Positions 47,901-57,864 of a stretch of DNA of 64,000 bases are shown one piece after another. Location: positions 36,084,001-36,148,000 of the forward strand of contig JBNRSN020000009.1 of the NCBI GenBank assembly GCA_051313645.2, written 5' to 3'. Positions within the stretch are counted from its first letter, which is position 1. The number at the start of each line of letters is the position of its first letter. The notes under the pieces were generated by a model. The model had not been told where the DNA came from. It saw only the letters and a program-made list of their open reading frames with translations, and ran no database searches. A program made the position numbers and the translations under genes. The DNA comes from Centroscyllium fabricii. Its lineage: Eukaryota.

Positions 47901-49323
47901 GAGCATGGGATGGTCGTCATAGTATTTATGTTGACCAAGCGGCGCCGGTTTACGTCGACCAGTAGGCCGTAGGCGCAGAGGAAATCTGCCCCGAGGAGGG
48001 GCGATGTGACCTGGGCCGTTACGAAATCCCAGGTGTACGCGTGGCTTGCAAGGGTAATTGTAAGCTTGCGGGTGCCGTACGTTTTTATACTGGAGCCGTT
48101 GGCCGCCGCTAGTGGCGGGCCCCGGGTGCCTTGTTTGGTTTCTGCAGGGGAGGCTGGCACGATGCTGTGCTGCACGCCTGTGTCGCAGAGGAACCTGAGG
48201 CATGTGCCGCTGTCTGTGGCAAAGAGCAGTGCTCCTGTGTGGCTTACAGACATGGTGGGGGCTGAGTTGGGCCGTGGCTTGAACGCGCATGGCTGGACGC
48301 AGCGGTGCGCTTTATGATCGAACCGCGTGTGGTAGTAGCACCAGCCGGTGCTAGAGGGACGCGGTTGCCTAGGTGGGCGCGGGGCCCTCGGTTCAGGCGT
48401 AAAGTTATGCCTGGGGGGTGATTGGCTGCGCTCTACCGATGCGGAGTTAGGGTCGCACGTGGTTGAGCGGGTGCCCTGCGCCTCCATGAGCCTGTCGGCT
48501 TCCTCTCCGAGCTCGTCACCGCTCCGCTGGCCAAGGGCCGCCAAGGCCGGTCTGATGGCGCGGGGCAGTTTAAGGAGGAAGACGGTGCGGAAGAAGGAGG
48601 CCGGGTTGGGTGTGAGCGCTTGCATCTGACCTAAGAGGTCCGATGGGTCTGCGTCCCCGAGTTCGGGGAGGTCGAGGAGCTGGCAGTCGCGCTCAAATTG
48701 AGAGGGGGTAAAAAAAATTATAAGCGCGGCCTTGAGTGATTCATACCTGCCTGCGGTGGGCACACGCTGTATTTTTGACCACATCCGATCGATCGTCGTC
48801 TGTGGTAGGGCTGAGAACACCAGGTCGTAGCGGTCGTCCCCCTGGATGCCATGTGTGCGGCAGCTGGTCTCGATGCACATAAACCAGGCCGCTGGCCGTT
48901 GCTCCCAGAACTCGGGTAGAGTTAGTCCACGTCCGACGTTCTGGCCAAGTCCTTGCGTTCATGGAGCTTGGTTCCTTGGGTTTACCATGTTTTCTTATTT
49001 AAAAATTTCTTTGGCTGGTGGTCCCAGATCCTGCGGCAGCTTTTCTTCTCTGGAAGTCGTACCAGTTCGGGGTCACCACTGTAGCGCCGGCAGGGCCTAG
49101 GAACCACACGTGAGCCAGAGCTAGAGAAAACACAGCTTTAATAACTAAACAAAACAAGAAAGAGAGTGAACCATTCGCAACGAGCGTATTTAAACAGTCC
49201 CGCGGTTGGTGACGCCATCGCGTCGGCCGACGTGGTGACGTCGTCGCGTCACCCGGATGAGCGGGGCTTTGCTCCGCGGAGTTCCCGTGGCGGATTCGAT
49301 GTCTCAGTGGGCGTGCCACCACA
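44901..49323 (-). mobile_element. Full-length Ty3/Gypsy LTR retrotransposon (CsRn1-like lineage)
   Basis: LTRs 44901-45118 and 49080-49323 (TGTAGCG...CCACA). PBS TGGTGACCCCGA (tRNA-Trp) at 49067-49078, PPT next to the left LTR, TSD AAGG/CAGG. Confidence 0.96.
45161..48988 (-). pseudogene. gag-pol: Single-frame gag-pol (Gag, protease, RT, RNase H, integrase) with three premature stops
   Basis: LPEFWEQRPAAWF; Cys/His CYYHTRF..KAHRC; LCDTG; RPCGDYRRLN, YLDD; TDASD; HDLSH..C..C, TSDRGPQF, GPY. The ORF pieces share one frame, with stops at ~48960, 46748 and ~46530. Confidence 0.95.
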
Positions 49324-49892
49324 CAGGGTCAATTTATCCTGGCCAATCAACCTAACCCGCACATCTTTGGACTGTGGGAGGAAACCGGAGCACCCGGAGG
49401 AAACCCACGCTAGACACGGGGAGAATGTGCAAACTCCACACAGATAGTCACCCGAGGCTGGATTTGAACCCCGGGTCTCCAGTGCTGTGAGGCAACAGTG
49501 CTAACCACTATGCCACCGTGCCACCTTGAAGAAACCTTGTCCCCAATGTGCCATCACCCCCACCCTCAGACAAGAACCCACTACTGCATCCACTCTTGTA
49601 ACCTTTCTCAGCCAGACTGACAATTTAGAACCACTTTGTGACAAATATTGGCAGTCTGGAGAAAGGCTAAGTGGAGACTTTTATTCACATGATCGAAAAC
49701 TCAACTGCAACCCAGCTCTGAGGTGAAAGGTTTGTTGTTCTAACCCTCTGCTCCACCCAATTCCTTTTCACAAGACAGGTTTGGACGAGGAAGGCTTTTG
49801 ATCTCGACCTTCGAGAATACCAACCCAACTTTTCCCCTTCTGTAACTACCAGCGTGCACTTGAATGTGCAAATAGAACCTTTAATAACTCAT

Positions 49893-50296
49893 CGGCATGG
49901 TGGCATAGTGGTTAGCACTGTTGCCTCACAGCACTGGAGACCCGGGTTCAAATCCAGCCTCGGGTACTATCTGTGTGGAGTTTGCACATTCTCCCCGTGT
50001 CTGCGTGGGTTTCCTCCGGGTGCTCCGGTTTCCTCCCACAGTCCAAAGATGTGCGGGTTAGGTTGCTTGGCCATGATAAATTGACCCTTCGTGTTAGGGG
50101 GATTGAATATGTGGGGTTACGGGGATAGGGTGGGATATGTGTCGGTGCAGGCTCGATAGAGATCGAGGGATATGGGGATAGGGCAGGGACAGGGTGCTGG
50201 GTTTGGATGATCAGCCATGATCTCATTGAATGGCGGAGCAGGCTCGAAGGGCCGAATGGCCTACTCCTGCTCCTATCTTCCATGTTTCTATGTTTC
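49893..50296 (+). mobile_element. HE1-type SINE, intact
   Basis: Head ggcatggtggcatagtggttagcac...ggttcaaatcc, V-domain, and CR1-derived tail gggccgaatggcctactcctgctcc followed by (tatgtttc)n. Confidence 0.92.
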
Positions 50297-50304
50297 ATCG
50301 CAAA

Positions 50305-50433
50305 GTGTACCTTCAACAATACAGCAATCCCACCGTATTACATCAGAGTGACAATTCAGATTATGTGTTCAAATTGGGTGTACAACCTTCTGACTCAGAT
50401 GTGAGAGTGCGACCAACTGAGCCAAGCTGACAC
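50305..50433 (-). mobile_element. Deu-type SINE 5' (tRNA head) fragment
   Basis: The reverse complement gtgtcagcttggctcagttggt...ctgagtcagaaggttg matches the head at 41800. Confidence 0.7.
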
Positions 50434-50489
50434 ATGGACCATCAACTGAACCAATGTGCAAAGAGCAGATAAAGTAAAGACATTGCATT

Positions 50490-51240
50490 GGCCCAGAAAT
50501 TCGGGTCCCAACGCGTGAGTACGCGCTGGGTACTCACCCGTAGGCCCATCCAAAGTGCCGGTTTTGTGCATGCACAGCGCATGTGCGCGAAACCGGCGCT
50601 TCCAATCCCCTGACAGAAGGGTTCAGAGGTCGGAATGCGTGTGTGGGAGCATCAGCGTGTGCGTAATGCACTTCAAATTTTTTAATAAGATTCTGTGTCC
50701 GGGTAAGTCTGAAAAAGTTACGGCTGATATTTTAATGTGTAAAGACTGGTTTTAACAAGATAAGTGGTGAATTAATTCAAATTAAAAAAAAAATTCCACA
50801 GGTTTATTATTTTTAAATACTTTAAAGAAAGGAAAGTTTATTTTTAGCCCCGTCAGAAAAAAGAATAAATTTTTTCAAAAATTTAAATTCTTGTTTAAAA
50901 TAGTTATTTAATGTAATTGATAGTTATTTTTAAAAATGTGATTTTTTTTATTTGTATGAAGTTTCAGTGATGTTTTGGGGCTTGAAGTTTTCATACTTTT
51001 GACAGCTCTTCCTGTCAAACTTATGAATGGAGCATTCTGTGCTCCGATTGGCTCTCCGTGGCCCACGTGATCCCTCGCACTATCTTCGCCGCTGGGATAC
51101 GTGAGCACAGCGCGCCAACAGTTGAAGCAAACCCCGCATCGGAATTTCACGTGGGCCCACACATCAACGGCCGGCGTGCTAGGTAAGTGCAGATTGGAGG
51201 TTTGCACCCGCGGCAAGCCTCCAACCCAAATTTCTGGGCC
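50490..51240. mobile_element. Non-autonomous TIR element (Harbinger-like MITE), ~750 bp
   Basis: TIRs GGCCCAGAAATTCGGGT / ACCCAAATTTCTGGGCC. CpG-rich arms with small palindromes flank an AT-rich core. Confidence 0.82.
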
Positions 51241-51255
51241 AATGAGATTTATTGT

Positions 51256-51435
51256 AGAAAATGCTGGAAATACTCATGCAGGTCAGGCAGCATATGTGGA
51301 GAAAGAAACAGAGTTAACGTTTCAGGTCGGTGACCTTTTGTCCAGTTCTTAGCAAAGGACTTCCACCTGAAAGGTTAACCCTGTTTCTCTCTCCACAGAT
51401 GCTGCCTGACCCGCTGAGTATTCCCAGCAATTCTG
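51256..51435. repeat. Long imperfect palindrome, probably Penelope-derived
   Basis: agaaaatgctggaaatactca...ggtcaggcagcat.tgtggaga.agaaacag..ttaac.tttcaggt pairs with acctgaaaggttaac.ctgtttctctctccacagatgctgcctgacc.gctgagtatt.ccagca.ttct. Confidence 0.8.
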
Positions 51436-51538
51436 TTTTTATTTCAGATTTCCAGCATCCGCATTATTTTCGCTTTTGCGATTTATTGTAGGATGTATGA
51501 AATCTGAGTTGAGTTCATGCCCCGCTTTCCATATTCAC

Positions 51539-53610
51539 TTTCACTTTCACTTTCAAATAGCTTTATTGGCATGAATGGTATCAACCGTTGTTGCCAAAGC
51601 ATTACAAAAATGGTACATCAATAACAATACAAACAAAATAAGTATAACATTTAACTGGACTTAGGTTAACATACATAAGAATAATACATTCGTAGACGTA
51701 CTACATAGAATAATACATTAGTAGAATTATTGACACCCGTACATTAGTTACGTACACATGTACGTTTATACCCGCATATAGAGCTTGTATGCTCATCCTA
51801 GCTTCAATGTCAATGTTCACTGGTTGTCCCTCTGCTTATGGCAAGCTGTGACGTAGTTTGCCGCAAGTTTTATACATTCCTTCTGTTCCCCTAGTAGGTA
51901 TGGGAGTTTCTGGTGGTCGGTCAAATTTTTGAATTCAGGGCATGCTGTTGCGAATTTTGGGAAGAAATTTCCCCTTATTCCCTGATAGTTTTCGCAGGTT
52001 GTGAGGAAGTGCAGCTCTGTCTCCACCACTCCCTGACTGCAGTGGGAGCACAGCCTTTCCTCTCTGGGCAGCCAAGTCTTTCTGTGTCTGCCTTTTTCGA
52101 TGGCTAGGCTGTGCTCGCAAAGTCTGTACATTGTCAGCGTTTTTCTCAGTTTTCTATCTTTCACCATGGACAGGTAGTCCGCCATGGTGTACTGTCTGTT
52201 TAGGGCCAAGTAGCAATCTAGTTTGATTTGGGTTTTTGTCGTTTCTGTCCAGTAGTTCAGGTATTTTTCTTTTTGTTGAGTAATAATTGTGTTGGGTCGG
52301 ATTCTGAGTGCTAGGGCGTCACTGTCCAGGGGCTGGTTGTTACCAATAGTGTTAGTGGTTTTTCCGCTAAGTTGGTTGTTAACAGTAGTGTTATTAGTAA
52401 CTTCGCTAAGTCCTAGGACTAGTTGGTTGATGGGACTTCTTTTTATGTTCGCTTCTTGGCATTTCAGGGCTTTGTAGTGGTAACTGTGAGGGTTGCTCAG
52501 TTTTAGGTGTTTCCAGAATTTGATTGCTCTTTTTTGGATTTTAAATAGTAGTGGATATTGGCCTAACTCTGCCCTGCATGCATTGTTTGTGGTTTTCCTC
52601 TGAGTCCGAAGGATACTCTTACAGAACTCAGCATGCAGGGTCTCAATTGGGTGTTTGTCCCATTTTGCAAAATCTTGGTGTGATAGCAGACCCCACACCT
52701 CGCTGCCATAAAGTGCAATTGGTTCAATTACAGAGTTAAAGATTTTGATCCAAATGCCCGGTGGAATGTCTATTTGGATTGTCTTCTTAATGGCATAGAA
52801 TGCCCTTCTCGCTTTCTCTTTCAGTTCGTTCACGGCCAAGTGAAAATTTCCCGTGGAGCTGATTTTTAACCCTAAGTATGTGTAGTTTGTAGTTTGTTCA
52901 ATTAGTGTTGCTCCTAGTGTGTAGTTTGTTTTGGTTCCCTGATGTTTGGTTCTTTGCTGGAATACAAGAACCTTGTATTTTTTGGGGTTTATTTTCAATG
53001 CCCAATTCTGGCAGAATGACTCTAACCGATCGAGGTTCTGTTGTAGACCCTCCTCTGTCGGTGACAGTAGGACTAGATCATCTGCATACAGGAGGAATTT
53101 GACCTCGGAGTCATGTAGGTCGAGGCCTGGTGCTGTAGATTGTTCCAGTGTTTTTGCCAGTTCATTTATATAGATGTTAAAAAGAGTTGGTGAGATAGAG
53201 GAGCCCTGTGCCACGCCACGTCCCTGAGGGAAGTATTTTGTTTGTTTATCTCCGATTTTAACTGCACATTTGTTTCCTGTGTACATTGATTTAATTACGT
53301 CATACGTTTTTCCCCCTATCCCTCCTTCGATGAGTTTTAGGAATAGACCATCGTGCCAAATAGAGTCGAAAGCCTTTTGGAAATCTATAAAGCAGGCAAA
53401 AATTTTGCTTTTATTTTGGTGGACGTGTTTGTCTATTAGGGTGTGGAGGGTGAAAATATGGTCAGAGGTTCTATAGTTTGGTAGGAATCCAATTTGGCTG
53501 TTACTCAAGACATTGTGCTCCGTGAGAAAGCTTGTGAGTCTTTTGTTAATGATATTCAACAAGTTTTCAATCTCAGCCGAGGTATTTGGAGGAAGCTCTC
53601 GGAGGAGGCT
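51539..53610 (-). mobile_element. Young 5'-truncated LINE, RTE-X-like, with (AAGTGA)n tail
   Basis: RT ORF, 3' UTR, AATAAA and tail, with a TTCAC duplication at 51534-51538/53611-53615. Confidence 0.9.
51817..53610 (-). CDS. LINE ORF2 fragment: reverse transcriptase plus C-terminal CCHC motif, uninterrupted, no native start
   Basis: QIGF, CFIDFQKAFDSIWH, GVAQGSSISPTLFNIYI, LLYADD, YTYLG, LYGSEVWG, CSHC...ETELHFLTTC. The ORF-track start at 53634 lies in flanking sequence. Confidence 0.9.
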   Translation of the reverse strand, partial: SLLRELPPNTSAEIENLLNIINKRLTSFLTEHNVLSNSQIGFLPNYRTSDHIFTLHTLIDKHVHQNKSKIFACFIDFQKAFDSIWHDGLFLKLIEGGIGGKTYDVIKSMYTGNKCAVKIGDKQTKYFPQGRGVAQGSSISPTLFNIYINELAKTLEQSTAPGLDLHDSEVKFLLYADDLVLLSPTEEGLQQNLDRLESFCQNWALKINPKKYKVLVFQQRTKHQGTKTNYTLGATLIEQTTNYTYLGLKISSTGNFHLAVNELKEKARRAFYAIKKTIQIDIPPGIWIKIFNSVIEPIALYGSEVWGLLSHQDFAKWDKHPIETLHAEFCKSILRTQRKTTNNACRAELGQYPLLFKIQKRAIKFWKHLKLSNPHSYHYKALKCQEANIKRSPINQLVLGLSEVTNNTTVNNQLSGKTTNTIGNNQPLDSDALALRIRPNTIITQQKEKYLNYWTETTKTQIKLDCYLALNRQYTMADYLSMVKDRKLRKTLTMYRLCEHSLAIEKGRHRKTWLPREERLCSHCSQGVVETELHFLTTCENYQGIRGNFFPKFATACPEFKNLTDHQKLPYLLGEQKECIKLAANYVTACHKQRDNQ

Positions 53611-53688
53611 TTCACCAACAACAACAACTTGCATTTATATAGGGGGAAAAATTCAGTTGGTTGTGCCTCCCATTAGCGCCTTAGGAGG

Positions 53689-53981
53689 TGTGGTAATCAT
53701 ATTACCAGTGTATATAGTTGGATTGTGGTTGTACTGCACCACATGACCCATGTGTATAGTTGCTTGGTGCATTGGATGTATTGTGTGTAGAACACGGTTG
53801 TAAGGCCAGGTTAGCCACACCTCTAACTCCTCCCCTCAGGTGGGAGGCTTATAGGTGAGGTCTGCCCTGCCCCCAGTCATTCTGTGCCTGATGTTCAACT
53901 GGAGACTAGCTCCATCTTTAAGTTAATAAAAGCCTGTAGTTAAGGTCACTACTCATCTTTTGCCTTATTGACGATACGTCA
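53689..53981 (+). mobile_element. Solo LTR (TGTGGTAA family), 293 bp, inside the Harbinger
   Basis: TG...CA, AATAAAAGCC, perfect TSD GGAGG. Confidence 0.92.
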
Positions 53982-54311
53982 GGAGGGCGCTAATGGGGGC
54001 GCAAAGCAACTGGCACCCGGGCGCGGCGAGTTTAGCGCCGCTTGGGAAATTGGCGAGGTATTTTGCGGCGACGCCAAACAATACTGCCACGATCTCCTGC
54101 GCACGTAGATCTTGTCATCATTCAAGAGTGCAACGCCTTTGGGGCGCCCCGGACTGGAAATTGAGTGGCACCCCCCTCCTTTCTGCCTCGTGCTACCAAT
54201 GACAGGTACAGTGGAACGCATCCCAAATGCTGTGGGGCTGGGGGGGGTTGCTATTTAAAGGGGGCCTCTTCCTGGATTTTATGTGGTAGCCATTTTTGCG
54301 CCACTCGTTCT

Positions 54312-54357
54312 GAGAGAGAGAGAGAGATTTGGAGAGAGACAAAGAGAGAAAGAGAGA
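54312..54357 (+). repeat. (GA)n-rich microsatellite
   Basis: gagagagagagagag...gagagacaaagagagaaagagaga. Confidence 0.85.
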
Positions 54358-54461
54358 CTTCTACTTTGAGTCAACGCTGTCTGAGGTAGTTTTGGCTTCT
54401 GCCCATAACTTTGTAGGTAATTTTGGTTTTTGACCTTCAAAACTTTGATTGCCTTGATACT

Positions 54462-55519
54462 ATGGGGGCTGCAATGGATGGGGGCGTCGTCCTGCTCAAT
54501 CACATTCGGAGGGCACAGAGACGCCGAGAGAGAGAGTGGCAATCATGGCCAGACGGAGGAGGGCCAACAGGCCTCTGTACAGGAGACCTTACCCTCCCAG
54601 GGTATTTCACCAACAGTTCTCCAACATAAATATGTCTGAGGAGCAGTGTTTGCAAAGGCTGCGCTTCAGCAATGAGGTGGTCACTGAGCTCTGCCACCTG
54701 CTTCAGCCAGATCTGCAGCCTCAACTGAGGAGCAGGATGTCTCAGTTGGTGGCAGTGAAGATAACAGTGGCTCTCAACTTCTATGCCACCGACTCATTTC
54801 AATCAGCTACTGGGGACATCGCCAATATCTCCCAGTTCGTGGTGCATTGCTGCATCCATCAGGTCACAAATGCCCTCTTTAAAAGGAGATGAGAGTACAT
54901 CTCTTTCCCCATGACCCTGGACAAGCAGCAAGAACGCAAAATGGGCTTTGTCAGGATAGCGGGCTTCCCCATGGTGCAGGGCGCCATTGACTGCACGCAC
55001 GTGGCTTTGCGTGCGCCGCATGAGAATACTGAGGATTTCCGCAACCGAAAGGGCTTCCGTTCCCGAAACATTCAGTTGGTGTGTGACCACAGACAGCTGA
55101 TACTCGCTATCAATGCCCACTATCCAGGCAGCAACCACGATGCCTTCATCCTGTGCCAAACCTCTGTGGCAGACCTTTTCCAGCCACCGTATCACCCAGG
55201 TTGTTGGCTTCTCGGGGACAAGGGATATCCTCTGAGCACCTGGTTGATCACACCACTCCGTACGCCCAACACCCCTGCTGAGCTGTGATACAACGAGAGT
55301 CATCAAGCTACCAGGAACATCATTGAGCACACAATCGGCGTGCTGAAGCAACGGTTCCGCTGTCTGGACCATTCTGGAGGAGCCCTGCAGTACTCACCTG
55401 AGTGAGTCTCCCACTTCGTGGTTGTGTGGGGCATACTGCATAACATTGCAATCCTCGGGACCCAGCCAATGACACCAGGCATTGCAGCACCACCAGAGGA
55501 GGATCTGTATCTGAAATGA
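54462..55519 (+). pseudogene. Harbinger transposase (HARBI1-like DDE nuclease), inactivated
   Basis: RLRFS, ALNFYATDSFQ, GAIDCTHV, NRKG, YPGSNHD, LLGDKGY, RNIIEHTIGVLKQRFRCL. In-frame TGA stops at 54890, 55286 and 55403, and a probable N-terminal frameshift. Confidence 0.93.
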
Positions 55520-55545
55520 CAGATGAACAAAAGTGGCTTTAGCTT

Positions 55546-55690
55546 CAGGACAAGGTGGCCGCGTGAGGACAAGGTGGGCACATGAGGACAAGGTGGCGGT
55601 GTGAGGACAAGGTGGCCGTGTGAGGACAAGGTGGCCGCATGAGGACAAGGTGGCTGCATGAGGACAAGGTGGCTGCATGAGGACAAGGTG
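55546..55690 (+). repeat. 19-bp minisatellite (gaggacaaggtggccgcat), about 8 copies
   Basis: Tandem gaggacaaggtgg units are directly visible. Confidence 0.95.
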
Positions 55691-55807
55691 CCAAGGGAGC
55701 TATGATGGAATGAGTGCAGGCACCGACTTGTTTGGATGGATCGTGCCAAAGGCAGCTGTTGTGAGGAGCAAGAGGAAGGAGAGAGGAGAGGATGGTGATG
55801 AACTCAC

Positions 55808-56614
55808 CACTGCTGCCCACAACAGGGTCGGCATCTCCTGTGGCCACAGGACCACTCACACAGTTGCCCATTATCGTCTGGACCTGCTCCTCTATTTCTG
55901 TGAGGTCCTCCAGATTAGCAGGACCGCCACCTGTTAGATGCAGGAGATGCTTCTGTGATAGTAGATTGGTTGTTAGGATCAGATCAGCCATGATCTTATT
56001 GAATGGCGGGTCGGGCTCGAAGGGCCGATTGGCCTACTCCTGCTCCTATTTCTTATGTTCTTATGTTCACCTGTGTGGTCCTGCTTGCGCCGGTTGCGCG
56101 CAAGCTTCCCCTGCAAGGAAAAGGACAGAGTCTGAGTTAGAGGAGAGCAAGTATTGCATCTGAAATGCATAGCATGGCTGAACAACCCTTACTGCATGCA
56201 AGTGTCTTACAGGACAAGGCTATGGAGAACCCTGCAGCACCAGGCTGCTGAAGGACACAGACCATGAGGGCCATTAGGTTCTGACTCAGTGCTCTGCATT
56301 GGGGGTTTAGGACCCCGTGGCCATACAGTTTGGATGAGATGGAGAGATGGACAGATAAACAGAAATGCACTCACCCTGAGAGCCCTGCACAGGTCATTGA
56401 ATTTCTTCCTGCATTGGAAGAGGGTCCTCGACAACAGGCTGTGGCTGCTCACATGGCGAGCAACATGCGTCCACAAATCCCTGGCTTCCTGAGGTGCAGG
56501 GTTCCTGCCACTCCTGGGGAACAGTGCTTCTCTGCATTCCTCAACAGCATTAAGGAAGGCATTCAGGGCCCTCTCACTGAACGTCTCAGCCCTCTCCCTG
56601 GGTATCTTGGGCAT
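55808..56614 (-). pseudogene. Harbinger Myb/SANT-like DNA-binding protein; exon 1 56614-56375, exon 2 56110-55808 (interrupted)
   Basis: RAETFSERALNAFLNAV...W..VA..V...S...RT..QCRKKFNDL. GTGAGT donors and a ccttgcag acceptor. Removing the insertion restores KLARNRRKQDHTGGGPANLEDLTEIEE. Confidence 0.85.
55935..56067 (+). mobile_element. Short CR1-tail retroposon fragment inserted in Myb exon 2
   Basis: gatcagccatgatcttattgaatggcgg...ctactcctgctcc with a (tcttatgt)n tail and a 7-bp TSD CACCTGT (55928-55934/56068-56074). Confidence 0.9.
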
Positions 56615-56962
56615 GGTGCCAGTGTTGGATGCACAGGTGTGGCCAGAGAAGCACTGAGTAGAGGAAGTCAGCAGGGAGTGGCTGCAATGGGAGGAAGTCC
56701 CTCCCTCTTTAAGAGCTGACCAGCACCAGCGTTGCTGGGAAGGTCAGGAGTGGCAGATGGAGCGCTCCACCCGCACTCGCCACGAGCGCCTGAAAATTCG
56801 CCGTTTGCACCTTGGCAACACCTGATTTAGTGCTGCAATCTGCAACATGGGTGCTAAAGTGAATATCGCGAGTTCGAGTGCTAACTTGCGCCCGGCGCTA
56901 ATTTTAGCGCAGCGCCCACTGCAACACCCAAAAACATGCACTGATAAATTTATCCCCCATTG

Positions 56963-57452
56963 AGTCATGTTTTACAGCACAGAAAGAGGCCCTTCGGCCC
57001 ATCGTGTCTGTGCCGGCCATCAAGCACTGTCTATTCTAATCCCATTTTCCTGCATTTGGTCCGTAGCCTTGTATGCTATGGCATTTCAAGTGCTCATCCA
57101 AATGCTCCTTGAACGTTGTGAGGGTTCCTGCCTCTACCACCCTTTCAGGCAGTGAGTTCCAGATTCCAACCACCCTCTGGGTGAAAAAGTTCTTCCTCAA
57201 ATCCCCTCTAAACCTCCTGCCCCTTACCTTGAAACTATGCCCCCTTGTTATTGACCCCACTACTAAGGGAAAAAGTTCCTTTCTATCTATCCTATCTATG
57301 CCCCTCATAATTTTGTACACCTCAATCAGGCCTCCCCTCAGCCTTCTCTGCCCCAACCTGTCCAGTCTTTCTTCATAGCTGAAGCGCTCCAGCCCAGGTA
57401 ACATCCTAGAGAATCTCCTCTGCACCCTCTCCAAAGCAATCACATCCTTCTT
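56963..57452 (-). mobile_element. CR1 LINE 3' fragment (second subfamily)
   Basis: ALERVQRRFSRMLPGL..SYEERLDRLG..RGGLIEVYKIMRG..KNFFTQRVVGIWNSLP. Confidence 0.92.
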
Positions 57453-57864
57453 AGGGAGGGAATTCAAGAGTTTGGGGCCTAGGCAGTATCATGTTCATAT
57501 TAAAGTTTAGACATATAGATTATGAACAGCTAGCTTCAAACTAGTCAATTTATTTACAGATGATACAGAACTCACAATTCACATTGTTGTAGACTGGCAT
57601 CCATGTTTTAACAACAAGTCCAGTGCCATAAACAAGAGAAGCACTCTATAGCTTTAGTTCACTATTTACATGCAACTCCATCTAGTGGACAATTCTAGAA
57701 TGACATGTTTTTATATATCACTACATCCCCCTTCCTTTGAGGTTAAACAAAAATCAATATCAATCAACTTTCAAGATAATAATATCAGTAACACATTTGT
57801 TAGTAAACATTTTTTTAACATCTTCACAACAGTTAACACATCTTCAAAGCTTTATTTTATGAAC

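Larger units (their letters stand above)
44698..49525 (-). mobile_element. HE1-type (V-SINE) elasmobranch SINE, split by a Gypsy provirus
   Basis: tRNA-like head at ~49450-49525, V-domain (gggtttcctccgggtgctccggtttcctcccaca) and CR1-derived tail at 44698-44900. It matches 49893-50296 in reverse. Confidence 0.9.
53642..56958 (+). mobile_element. PIF/Harbinger DNA transposon with convergent transposase and Myb/SANT genes, decayed
   Basis: Imperfect TIRs GGGGGAAAAATTCAGT / ACTGATAAATTTATCCCCC enclose a DDE nuclease (+) and a Myb-like ORF (-). Confidence 0.88.

Noticed and set aside
49893-49965. tRNA genes here, at 41800 and at ~49450-49525
   Set aside because: These are SINE heads continuing into SINE bodies, and no full cloverleaf is evident.
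54462-55519. Domesticated host HARBI1 gene
   Set aside because: It has multiple stops, flanking TIRs and a linked Myb ORF, so it is a transposon copy.
55303-55991. His/Cys/Pro-rich ORFs
   Set aside because: Translations of the 19-bp minisatellite and intron. Only part of 55545..55991 is Myb exon 2.
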